From Chiloscyllium plagiosum (lineage: Eukaryota), in assembly GCF_004010195.1 (NCBI RefSeq), contig NC_057757.1, positions 9,497,013 to 9,557,317 on the forward strand: a stretch of 60,305 bases of DNA, read 5' to 3'. The translations under genes were made by a program, and so were the position numbers. The notes under the pieces were generated by a model. The model did not search any database. It was given only the letters and a program-made list of their open reading frames with translations, and was not told where the DNA came from. Positions 37,375-49,206 of the stretch are shown piece by piece; within the stretch, counting starts at the first letter, position 1, and each line of letters opens with the position of its first letter.

Positions 37375-38006
37375 CTGTGAGGAGAATAATGAGACGGATG
37401 TTAATGGACATTTGAAGTTATATTTATTTGTCAAATGGCACTGTTCTCTCACTGGACCATCTCTCAGAGATGTGGAACATTAACCTTTCAGTGACCCAAT
37501 ATGAGTCATGGCCAAAGCTGGAGACACAGGTGCACATAGGCAGGGGGTATGAGTGTAAGGAGCCAAAAGAGGCAAAAGAGGGTAGTGATGGTTTTTAAGA
37601 CTGTGAGGAGGACTTCCCCTCTCAGTGCCATCCCGTTATACCATTTGTGAGGTCAGTATTGCAGCCACCTGTCTGGAAATTAGGACCAAAGTCGAGCCAT
37701 GATCTGATATGGACCACCACAAATTCTGAGGGTTGCATTGACATGGTTTGTACTGCCCTGAGTGTTGGGGGTGACAAAGTGATCTAACTGAAATATTTCA
37801 GCATTTTGATGAAGTGATGGGTGAAATTGGGAAGCATTGCTCACAGAAAGGTCAGTGAAAAATGAAAAACTGTTCAGGAACAGCATAGAATCAAAGCAGG
37901 GAATGGAGGTGGAGATAAAGATCAGCCAGGACACAACTGAATGACAGTATACCTTGAAGCACTGAATGGCCTCTTCAAAACCATCCCTTCCCACAACTTG
38001 ATTCAT

Positions 38007-38470
38007 TGAATCATAGAATCCCTACAGCATGGAAACAGACCATGTGGCCCAACAAATCCACAACAACCCTCCGAAGGATATCCCATCCAGACCCATTCCC
38101 CTATTACTCTACATTTGCCCCTGACTAATGCACCTAACCTAGTTAGAAATCACACAACACCAGGTTATAGTCCAACAGGTTTAATTGGAAGCACACTAGC
38201 TTTAACTTTGTACACCCCAGTCCAACACCGGCATCTCCAAATCATGGCACCTAACCTACACATCCCTGTACACTATGGACAATTAAGCATGGCCAATTCA
38301 CCTAACCTGCACAGCTTTGGACTGTGGGAGGAAACTAGAGCACCCGGAGGAAACCCATGCTGACACGGGGAGAGTGTGCAAACTCCACACAGACAGTTGC
38401 CCAAGGCTGGAATTGAACCTTGGTCCTGGCACTGTGAGGCAGTAGTGTTAACCACTGAGCCACCGTGCCA
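38007..38470 (-). mobile_element. Full HE1-type SINE interrupted by a family C insertion (38142-38246)
   Basis: tRNA-like head with A and B boxes; TSD gcacctaaccta at 38130-38141 and 38247-38258. Confidence 0.85.
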
Positions 38471-39918
38471 CAGCTGCAAAGGTCCCTGTGTGAAAGGGGT
38501 GTATTATAAAATTGTCTAATGCCCAGAGAGAGCGCAGTGCTGTACTCTCAGCCAGCATGCACAGGGAATCGCTGAGCTCTTTTCTAAGACTGTCAGAGTG
38601 CCATGTTTGGTCAGGGATGTGACGGGAGATCCTCGGCAATGTTTGGCGAGCTCTTTGTCAGGCCTATATAACAGGCTGCACCATCGTTGACAGGTTCTGT
38701 GCTTGGTTTATCGAGGAGAATATCTCTGGCCAGTGGGCTGTATGGGAGGCTCAACACCCAGAGGCAAGGCTCAGGAGGGTGGGCAGGAGTGTTCAGTCAC
38801 TCGGTGTACACTGCTCACAGTGTGGACCTGTCTGTACCTGGACTGGGAATGAAGTTAGATGGAGTTGTCATGCTTGGGTCAGCCTGATTTCACGGGAGGA
38901 TTTGGATTGTTGGAACTGAGATGAAAGTCTGGTGACATTTCATAATTTAATAACTCCACCCTCCCACCCTCCGTTCCCTCCAATCTGGGGCACTAAGGCC
39001 CAGTCAGAACCTCCTGGCCACCAAACCGCATCACTGCGATGAAAACTGTAACAACCTGACACACTGTCACTGGGGGATGAGAGAACTCCCCTTCCTCCTT
39101 CCTGTCCGGAGATTCCAAATGTGAATGGGGTTGGCGGGTGGAGGGAGGGGTTGGTAAATCTCTCCTGCCCAACCCTGAGGAAACATCGCCAATTGCTTCA
39201 GGTATCTGCCTGTTGTAGTGATGCCATTGTGTCTGTCGTCAAAACTTTGTTTGGAAAGGAATAACATTTGAACCCTTTAATTGTCATGATGTGAAGTAAT
39301 TTAGTCATTGTTTGCTGGCATATTGGTTCCTGCAGGTAGGCATCTGCCACCAATGCCCCAAGCTTGGCATCTCTCAGAGGGTCTTCCTAATTTTCCACAG
39401 GTCATTCCCATTGGGAATCTCCTGGCGCCATTAAATTGCACTTGTTTGGGGAAAAGCATTGGAGCATGCATTGTGTGTTTGCAAGCAGTATGGTGACTCG
39501 CAGTGGTTTAGAAACATAAAAACTTTCTAAGAATTGCCACTTCAAGACACAGTGAACTCTTCACTGCCTCAGGATCATCCCATTTTCTAACAACCATGGC
39601 TCATCACTTCCCACCGAACCCCTCCCCCTCCTTATGGGGAGAGTCAGTTTCCATTGGGTTAGGACTTCCTCTTGCTTACTCCTCTTCATACAAAGGCCGA
39701 GAGGGTCAGCAGGAATCCCAAGCTCAAGTCTATTCGACATGGGGTTGCATCACCAATTCCTGAGCTTGGTGGCTCCAATCTAACCAGGCCATGCTGTTTT
39801 TAAGCAGAGAGAAATATTGCTACATTTCCAATGCACTGATCACTCAGATGGAGGTCATACCCACAACAGACATTCCCATTCCCTCCTCCGTTATCGAATC
39901 CTCCCCCTCGGTACACAC

Positions 39919-40009
39919 CTTCTCCTCAGCTTTCAGCTTCTCCTCAATGCTGTTTTCTTTCGAGATGACAATTTCGCCATTTTCAAGTAATTCAAGCTCC
40001 CTCTCCAGC
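39919..40009 (-). CDS. PALM: Paralemmin internal exon, 91 nt, phase 2-0: (R)LERELELLENGEIVISKENSIEEKLKAEEK
   Basis: Acceptor ttaatccctttcag and donor AAG/gtgtgt; matches the paralemmin coiled-coil end RLExExExLE. Confidence 0.85.
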
Positions 40010-40287
40010 CTGAAAGGGATTAATGTACTTTCATTAACAGAGGGATTAATGTACATCAATATGCCAGAAGCATTAATCCATTAAGACACAGGCACTTCCC
40101 AGGGATCCTGTTGCTGTGGGTTACCTATTTAGTTAGTTTGATGAATTAGAACATGGAATGGCTTCTGCCCTCACTAACGGAGTGACCTTCTAATGGTTTC
40201 ATCCTCTTGCTATCTGGCTCAATGCCAACTGGTAATATTTTTCTCTCTTTTATTTTTACACTCTCAAAATACTGCATGATAAATCAC

Positions 40288-40386
40288 CACACACAGACAC
40301 ACACACAGACACACACAGACAGACACAAACACAAACACACACAGACACATAGACACAAACACACACATAAACATACACACACACAC
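40288..40386. repeat. (CA)n-rich microsatellite
   Basis: Visible directly. Confidence 0.95.
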
Positions 40387-40479
40387 CTGTGAACATAGCT
40401 GAATTCCAACGGCAATCGTCTCATTTACTACTGCACAGCAATATTCACTCTGAATAAACAATTTAATTGGCCAAACGAA

Positions 40480-40960
40480 TCAGAAAAGATTTAACAGCGT
40501 GTTACCAGGACTGGATGGTTGGAGCTATAGGGAGAGGCTGGATAGCCGTGGTCTATTTTCCATGGAGCGTTGGAGGCTGAGGGGTAACCTCATAGAGGTT
40601 TATAAAATCATAAGGGGGCATAGATAGGCCAAGGTCTTTTCCCTCGGGTGGGGGAGTCCAAAACTGCAGAGTGTTTCAGGCGAGAGGGGTAAAATTTGAA
40701 ATGGGACCTGAGGGGAAACCTTTTTACATAGAGGGTGATGCGTACATGAAATTAATTGTCAAAGGAACTGGTAGATGCAGGTACGGTTACACCTTGAAAA
40801 AGACATTTGGACAGGTACATGGATCCAACATGGGACATGTTTAGAGGGCTAAAGGCCAAACACAGGCAAGTGGGACTCGTTTAGTTTGTAAACATGGTCA
40901 GCATAGACATGTTGTAGCGAAGGGTCTGTTACCGTGCTGTATGACTCTATGACTCTATTC
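40480..40960 (+). mobile_element. CR1 3' fragment
   Basis: Similar to 16425-16905; tail (atgactct)n. Confidence 0.82.
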
Positions 40961-41320
40961 TGTTTGTTGGGATCTTGCTGTCGGTGAATTGGCTGAAATT
41001 GACTAAATTGAGTGACCGTACTGTAAGGTATTAACCGTGAGGTTCTCTCGGTCATCTTGAGACTGTAAAAGATGCTGGGGTTTGTTCTATCAGGAAAGTG
41101 TCTGATGCTGGTTACTCCAATCGCCAAACTATTGTCAACGCATTCACTGCTGGTGTCTCACCTCGCACAATGACATCAGCTCCAGTGCACGTGCAGACCA
41201 CCCCTCCCTTCCTTCATGGTAATTTGTTTTCAAAAGCAGAGACAAATCTCCCCCAAGTTCCCTTGGTTGCTTCTCACCGCTCAGTCTGTGAAGGGGGAGG
41301 GCGTGGAAGGTGAAAATCTC

Positions 41321-41545
41321 TGTGAAGACTGGTATCTTTTCAGCAAGTCCCCTTCTATGTACACATGGGTAGTACATGACGCTGACCCAGCTAGCTCTGA
41401 GCCAGCTGTCAGAGCGAGCAGAACCCATGACACTCCTGTTTATATCTGTCAGCCCAGGGTTCCTTGATTGGATCAGGTTAACAGCCCCAATCAGGGAACC
41501 CATGTTCTATGAGGTCTACCTGGCTGACCTTGTTACATTCACTAC
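41321..41545 (-). mobile_element. Possible solo LTR
   Basis: TG..CA ends, inverted CCAAT-containing 15-mers (gggttccttgattgg and ccaatcagggaaccc) and minus-strand TATAAA; no clear TSD. Confidence 0.4.
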
Positions 41546-41837
41546 ACTGAGGCCAAGTGGAACGAGGCAATGGCTGGTGGTTATAGGTCATTTGAGAGTA
41601 AGGGAGTGAGTGTGATGCAGTGGTTGTGCCCCTGCCCTGGACCAAGGCGCCCAGTTTCAATCCTCCCTGTTCCAGACGTGGAATATCTCTGACTAGGTTG
41701 ATTAGAAAAATAGGTTCAAGTGAAATTTAAGGTAGTGTGACGGGCTCTTGTGCCACAGTGGTAGTGTTCCTATCTCTGAACCAGGATACTTAGGTTCAAG
41801 CCTGTCCTGTTCCATTGGTGTGTAACAGCATGCCTGA

Positions 41838-42456
41838 TTCTGGATTAGTGGTGCTGGAAGAGCACAGCCTCCTAGCAGAGCGCTTTAGGGAACATCTCAG
41901 AGACACCCGCATCAATCAACCAAACTGCCCCGTGACTCAACATTTCAACTCCCCCTCCCACTCTGCCGAGGATATGGAGGTGCTGGGCCTCCTCCACCGC
42001 CGCTCCCTCACCACCAGACGCCTGGAGGAAGAACGCCTCATCTTCCGCCTCGGAACACTTCAACCCCAGGGCATCAATGTGGATTTCAACAGTTTCCTCA
42101 TTTCCCCTTCCCACACCTCATCCTAGTTTCTAACCTCCAGTAACCCGACCTGTCCGGACTTGTCCGACCTGCCCAGCTCCTTTTCCACCTATCCACTCCA
42201 CCCTCTCTTCCCTGACCTATCACCTTCATCTCCTTCCCCACCTACCTATTGTACTCTATGCTACTCTATCCCCACCCCCACCCTCCTCTAGCTTATCTCT
42301 CCATGCTTCAGGCTCTCTGCCTTTATTCCTGATGAAGGGCTTTTGCCCGAAACGTCGATTTTGCCTGTCCTCGGATGCTGCCTGAACTGCTGTGCTCTTC
42401 CAGCACCACTAATCCAGAATCTGGTTTCCAGCATCTGCAGTCATTGTTTTTACCCC
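41838..42456 (+). mobile_element. PLE 3' end (GIY-YIG C-terminus, UTR, terminal repeat) with a short inverted 5' piece
   Basis: LAERFREHL..HFNSPSHS..RRLEEERLIFRLGTLQPQGINVDF; TSD aacagcatgcctga at 41824-41837 and 42457-42470. Confidence 0.9.
42329..42356 (+). ncRNA. Minimal hammerhead ribozyme motif
   Basis: CTGATGA-A-GGGC-TTTT-GCCC-GAAACGTC, about 230 nt downstream of the GIY-YIG coding remnant. Confidence 0.72.
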
Positions 42457-43000
42457 AACAGCATGCCTGAGCAGATTCATTAAACATATCTAATTGAGTG
42501 AGAATGTACCATGTGAGGATCAAGTAATTGGTGATTATGGAGTTGCTGGTGTGTGAGTTGGAATAAATGCTGATTGCCTGGACTCTGTCTAACCAACAAT
42601 GTCATCTCTGGTGTTTATTGAAGGGAGTTTAGTTGTAATAACTTACTCCTTTGGTACTGCAGATCAGTGTCAGTCTAGAGTGTGAGTTCAAATGGTAATT
42701 GGACTGATGATGGAGGAGGGTATAGAGCATTACAATGGGAATGGAGAGAGGATGGGAGGAGGCAGACTGCAGCATTAACACTGGCATGAAGTGGTTGGGC
42801 CAAATGGCCTGCTTTCTGTGCTGTATATCCTGTGACTGACTGCCTTAGGGATAGGAGGGCTCCCACTTCGTTGTCAGGTTTTGTGATGGAGAAATGTAAT
42901 TCATATTTGCTGGGCTTTCAGACATTAACTGGTTGCTGGATCTACAATTCTTAAAGCTGATCTTACAGGGAACATCGCAAATCATCATACATGGCACAAT

Positions 43001-43315
43001 GGGTGCACGGTAGCTCAGTGGTTAGCATTGCTGCCTCACAGTGCTAGGGACCCGGTTTGGTTCCAGCCTCGGGTGACTGTCTGTGTGGAGTTTGTACACT
43101 CTCCACGTGTCTGTGTGGATTTCCTCCGGGTGCTCCAGTTCTCTCTCACAATCCAAAGATGCGCAGGTCAGATGTATTGGCTATGGCAAATTGCCCATCG
43201 TGTTAGGTGCATTAGTCAGGGGTAGGGGAATGGGTCTTAGTGGGTTACTCTTTGGAGGGTCGGTGTGAACTTGTTGGGCCAAATGGCCTGTTTCCACACT
43301 ATAGGTATTCTATGA
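43001..43315 (+). mobile_element. Full-length HE1-type tRNA-derived SINE
   Basis: A-box tagctcagtggttag, degenerate B-box, central body and CR1-like tail. Confidence 0.85.
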
Positions 43316-43949
43316 ATAGGTTGGGCACTTCCTTAGTGGCTGGTATGCCTGACCAAATGGATATTGGTCACTTTGCATTTGTCAACTGGAGTATCTAATA
43401 ATAATCCGAGAGCTGGTGAGAAACGAGTTCAGCTTGTGCTATGTTAGTTCTGTCTGGTTTTATTGGGTCTCGATTGGCTGAACCAAGTGAACCAGCATTG
43501 TTGTAGCCAATAACAGCCCTGAGAGGCTAGGAGGACCTCAAAATAGGCCAAAGAGACCACAGGTCACTGTGGGTCTTGGTACCTCCCACCTTCTCTGCCC
43601 CATCTCCCACTGTCCCAGGACTGACCTGCAGCTGGATAACTGGACGAACAAAATTGGGAGTCATCTGACTGGTAGCTAAACCATCAGAGTCCAAACAAAG
43701 AGCAATGCTGAACGTAGCTCGGGCCCCGCACTGGGCACACATTGCGATAACAGGCCCCAGGGGCAGTGGGGATTGAATATTCCCCTCCACAGGTTTACAC
43801 ACCTGGTGATTTTCTCTTAAAAGCAAATTTCCCACATTCGACTCCATAGCAACTGGGAGATTGTGAATAATCCTGAATGCCTTCATCTGCCCTTCACAAT
43901 CATAAACCTCAGTCTAACACATTCCTGCGTGCTGAGTGTGACTGAACAA

Positions 43950-45015
43950 ATTTGTCATGTTTGGCAGGAGCAGAGCAGACTGGACAGACAATGTGATCTC
44001 CCTCCATTGGGGAAACAAGATGTAGACTGGGTAACTGCTTTTCAGAACACCTACATTGTGTCCATAAAAATGACTCTGAGTTTCCAGATGCCTGCCACTT
44101 CAACACCCCACTCTGTTCCCTGGCCAGCATCCTTGTCTCGGGCTTGCTGCTGTGCTCCAGTGAAGCTCAGCGCAAGCTGGAAGAACAACGTGTCATTTTC
44201 CACTCGGGGACTCTACAGCCTTCTGGACTCAGGCTCGAGTTCAACAACTTTAGGACTGGAGGCACCTTCTCCCATGTCCTTACCCCCCACACCAGGCCTT
44301 GTTATCACAGGTGAAAATGTGTTGCTGGAAAAGCGCAGCAGGTCAGGCAGCATCCAAGGAGCAAGAGAATCGACGTTTCGGGCATGAGCCCTTCTTCAGG
44401 AAAGGCTCTTAAGCCCTTCTTCTCTCTCCAGCATCTGCAGACCTCACTTTCTCCTCGAAGATTTTAATCTACTTCGAATCCTCTTGCAAGGATGCCTTCC
44501 TTGAAGAAGCTCTCTTCCTCCCTCTACAAGAATTTCAGTGAGTCCCTCTCTCACTGCACACCCCAGGTCATCTCCTCTGGGATGCTGCCTGACCTGCTGC
44601 GCTTTTTCCAGCAACACATTTTCAGCTCTGATCTCCAGCATCTGCAGACCTCACTTTCTCCTTGTTATCACAGGGTCTGCTAATACACACAAATCATTGT
44701 TAGCCACTAATAGTCCCCATTTGTAGCTACTCATTCTCCGAAATAAAAACTGAAAGAAGTGCGGATGCTGTAAATCAGAAACAAAAGCAGAAATTGCTGG
44801 AAAAGCTCAGCAGGTCTGGCAGCATCTGCAGACAGAAATCGGAATTATGGGACCACTGACCCTTTCTGAGAACTCTGATTTCTCTCCACAGATGCTTCCA
44901 CACCTGCTGAGCTTTTCCAACAATTTCTGTTTTTGATTCATTCTCCTCGGCTGATTGTTATCTACTCCTTTGTCTGTCCAACTGTTCTTCACTCTCATTG
45001 GGTTCTATCTGCACC
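43950..45015 (+). mobile_element. Older PLE 3' region (resumes at about 52376-52560) with nested younger PLE pieces
   Basis: Decayed GIY-YIG end at about 43990-44250; nested insertion 44312-44659 with TSD ccttgttatcacagg; degenerate hairpin at about 44770-44940. Confidence 0.7.
44372..44399 (-). ncRNA. Minimal hammerhead ribozyme motif
   Basis: CTGAAGA-A-GGGC-TCAT-GCCC-GAAACGTC. Confidence 0.7.
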
Positions 45016-45870
45016 TGAACTGAGCTGCGACCAGAGTTCGAGTGAAGAGGGTAAATAGGGTTGTCAACAAGACTTTAAACTAGGAAGTGGGGGGGAAAGG
45101 AAGGGTAAAACTCCAAGAAACAGAATAACCAATGGGAAGCAAAGCTGCAGGTTAATGTCTGTGGAGGTGGATTCAACTGCATGGGCAAACATGATATAAT
45201 TGGAACGAAAGGAGAACTCAGGAGAGATTATTAAAGTCTCCAGCACACAAAATAGGACAGTGTTTGGAAAGGACTAGGAATCACGGTGGCTGTAAGGGGA
45301 TCAGGACCGGGGGCTAAATATCCCAGAATATACATCCTATCGAAAAGAGAGGCAGGTGGGCAGAGGGGGTGGGTTGTCTTGTTAGTAAGAAATGAAACTA
45401 AATCAATAACAATAAGCGAAATAGGGTCAGATGATGTTGAATCCTTGAGGGGAGAGGTGAGGAGCTGCAAAGGTAGAAAAAGCATAATGGGAGTTATGTC
45501 CAGGCCACCAAACCGTGGTCAGGATTTCAAGCACAAGATATACAAAAAGATAGAAAAGATGTGTAAGAAAGGCAAGGTTACAACGATCACGGGGGACTTC
45601 AATATGCAGCTGGGCTGGGAAAATCAGGTTGGTAGTGGATTGTAAGAAAAGGTATTTGTGGATTATCGATGAGATGGCTTTTTGGAGCAGTTTGTGGTGT
45701 AGCCCAGTGGGGAACATGCATTACTGGATTTAGTGACATGCAATGTGGCAGACTTGATCAGGGAGCTTAAGGTGAAGGAATCCTTAGGAGACAGTGATCA
45801 TAATATTGAATTTACTCTGCAATTTGAGGGGAGAAGGTGAAATCAGATGTAAAGATATGACAGTTGAGAA

Positions 45871-46588
45871 TGTGTTGCTGGAAAAGCACAGCAGGTCAGG
45901 CAGCATCCAAGGAGCAGGAGAATTGGCGTTTCGGGTGAAAGCCCTTCATCAGGAATGGAGTGGATAGGTGGGAAGGAAGATTAACAGGTGGGACAGGTCA
46001 TGAGGACAGTCGTGAGCTGGAAAGTTGGAACTGGGGTAAGGTGGGGGGAGGGGAAATGAGGAAACTGCTGAAGTTCACATTGATGCCCTGTGGTTGAAGG
46101 GTGCTGAGGCAGAAGATAAAGTGTTCTTCCTCCAGGCGTCAGGTGGTGAGATAGCGACAATGGAGGAGGCCCAGGACCTGCATGTCCTTGGCAGAGTGGG
46201 CGGGGGAGTTGAAATGTTCAGCCACGGGGTGGTGGGGTTGATTGGTGCGGGTGTCCTGGAGATGTTCTCTAAAGCTCTCTGCGAGAAGGTCTCCAGTCTC
46301 CCCAATGTAGAGGAGATCGCATTGGGTGCAACGGATACAATAAACGACATGTGTGGAAATGCATGTGAAACTTGCATTTCCACCACCTACGGCGCAGGTT
46401 TTGCAATTCCTGAGGTGGCAGGGGGAGGTGCCAGGATGGGAGGGTGGGTTGTTAGAGGACGTGGACCTGGCCAGGTAGTCGCGGAGGGAACGGTCTTTGC
46501 AGAAAGTGAAAAGGGATGAAGAGGGAAATATATCCCTGGTGGTGGGGTCCGTTTGTGGGTGGTGGAAATGTCAACGGATGATGCGATT
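45871..46588 (-). mobile_element. PLE 3' fragment
   Basis: GIY-YIG region in reverse; TSD tgacagttgagaa at 45858-45870 and 46589-46601; hammerhead core with mutated triplet (GCC) at about 45925-45952. Confidence 0.85.
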
Positions 46589-47031
46589 TGACAGTTGAGA
46601 AATGGCAACTACAGAGGCATGGGGGAGGAGCTGGGTAGAATTGACTGGGAGAGGAGCGTATCAGGAAAGATAGTGGAACAGCAATGGCAGGAGGTTCTGG
46701 GATTCATCCCGAGGGAAAAGAAAGGGAGGATGAGGCAATCATGGCTGACTAGGGAAGGCAGGGATAGCATCAAAGCAAAAGGAAAAACAGATAATGTGGT
46801 GAAGGGCAGTGGGAAGCCAGAGGATTGGAAAGCTTAGAAAGATGAACAGAGAGCAACAAAGAAAGAAATAAGGAGAGAGAAGATTAAATATGAGGGCAAG
46901 CTAGCCAGTAATATTAATAAAGATTGCAAGAGTTTCCTGTCGATATATAAAGAGCAAAAGAGAGGTAAAAGTATGCATTGGGAAACTGGAAAACGATGCT
47001 TGAGAAGTAGTAATGGGGAACAAAGAAATGG

Positions 47032-47572
47032 CTGAGGCTGAGGGGTGACCTTATCGAGGTTTATAAAATCATGATGGGCATGGATTGGGTAAGTAGACAA
47101 GGTCTTTTCCCTGGGGTGGGGGAGTCCAGAACTAGAGGCCATAGGTTTAGGGTGAGAGGGGAAGATTTAAAAGGGACCTAAGGGGCAATTTTTGACACAG
47201 AAGGTGGTGCATGTATGGAATGAGGTGTCAGAGGAAGTGGTGGAGGCTGGTACAATTAGAACATTTAAAAGGCATCTGGATGGGTACATGAATAGGAAGT
47301 ATTTAGAGGGATATGAAGGAAGTGAGGACAGCAGATGCTGGAGATCAGAGTCGAAAAATGTGTTGCTGGAAAAGCACAGCAGGTCAGGGAGCATCCAAGG
47401 AGCTGGAGAATTGACGTTTCGGGCATAAGCCCTTTGTCACACTTTTCAACTTTAGAGGGCCAAGTGCTGGCAAATGGGACTAGATTAATTAAAATGTTGG
47501 GTCGGAATGCACAAGTTGGACCGAAGGGTCTGTTTCCATGTTGTACATCTCTGACTCAATGACTCTATGACT
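47032..47572 (+). mobile_element. Second CR1 3' fragment, itself interrupted by a PLE terminus (about 47311-47450)
   Basis: Similar to 35300-35690; tttagaggg is duplicated around the PLE piece. Confidence 0.8.
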
Positions 47573-49206
47573 GAACAAATACTTTGAGTCAGTCTTCGCA
47601 GTGGAAATCATGAGTAATATCCCAAAATGTCAAGAGAGGTGGGAGGTAGATCTGAGTATGCTGGTCATCACCAAGGAGAAGGTGCTAGAAAAACTGAAAG
47701 GTCTGAAGATGGATAAATCACCTGGACCTGATGAGTTCTGAAGGAGATAGCTGAAGAGATAGTGAAGGCTTTAGACGATCTTTCAGGAATAACTGGAGTC
47801 TAGGAGGGTAAAGAGGACTAGAAAATTGCTAATGTAACCCCGCTGTTTAAGAAAGGAAAGGGAAGATGGGAAATTATAGGCCGATTAGCCTGACCTCAGT
47901 TGTTGGCAAGATTTTGGAGTCCATTGTGAAGGATGAGATCTCTGAATACTTGGAAGTGCACAGTAAAATAGAGCAAAGTCAGCATGGTTTCATCAAGGGA
48001 AGGCCATGCCCGACAAATACATTAGAATTCCGTGAGGAGGTGACGAGCTGGTAGACACAAGAGAACCAATGGATGTTAACCATCAGGACTTCCAGAAGGC
48101 CTTTGATAAGGTGCTGCACAGGAGGCTGCTGGGTAAGATAAGGGCCCATGGTGTTGGAGGCAAGGTGCTAGCCTGGATAGAAGCTTGGCTGTCTGGCAGG
48201 AGGCAGAGAGTAGGGATAAAAGGGTCCTTCTCAGGATGGCAGCAGTGACAAGGGTGTTCTACAATGATCAGTGTTAGGACCACAACTTTTCACTTTATAC
48301 TGTACATGAGTGATCTGGATGAACAAACTCAGGGCATTCTGGCTAAATTTGCAGATGATACCAAGATAGGTGGAGGGACAAGTAGTGTTGAGGAGGCGGG
48401 GAGGCTGCAGAAAGATAGACAGATTAGGAGATTGGGCAAAGAAATGGCAGACAACATGGAAAAGAGTGAGGTCATACACTTTGGTAGGAAGAATTGAGGC
48501 AGGGACTATTTTCGACATGGAGAGAAAATTTATAACTCTGAAGTACAAAGTTACTTGGCAGTCCTAATCCTGGACTCTCTCAGGGTAAACTTGCAGTTTG
48601 AGTTGGCGGTTAAGAAGGCAAATACAATGTTGTCATTAATTTTGAAAGGGCTAGAATATAAAAGCAAGGATGTATCTGTGAGGCTTTATAAGGCACTGGG
48701 TCAGACAACATTTGGAGTATTGTGCACAATGTTTGGGCCTACACCTCAGGAAGGATGTATTGACCCTGGAGCGTGTTCACAGGAGAATGATCTGAGGAAT
48801 GTAATGTTTAATAAATGAGGAACATTCGAGGACTTTGGGTCTATCCTCGATGGAGTTTAGATGAAGGCATTCTGACTAAAATTTAAAGAATACTGAAAGG
48901 CCTGGACAGAGTGGATGTGGGGAAGATGTTTCCATTGGTAGGAGAGACTAGGACCCGAGGGCACAGCCTTAGAATAAAGGGAAGACCTTTTAGAATGGAC
49001 ATAAGGAGAAACTTCTTCAGCCAGAGAGTGGTGAATCTGTACAATTGACTGCCGTGGAGAGGCCAGGTCATTGAATATATTTAAAACTGAGATAGTTAAG
49101 TTCTTGATTGCCAAGGGGATCAAAGGTTATTGAAGAAAGTGGGAAAATGGGATTGAAAAACCTATCGGCCATGATTGAATGTGGAGCAGACTTGATGGGC
49201 TGAATG

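Noticed and set aside
43001..43075. tRNA gene
   Set aside because: The tRNA-like head continues into a SINE body and tail; no complete cloverleaf.
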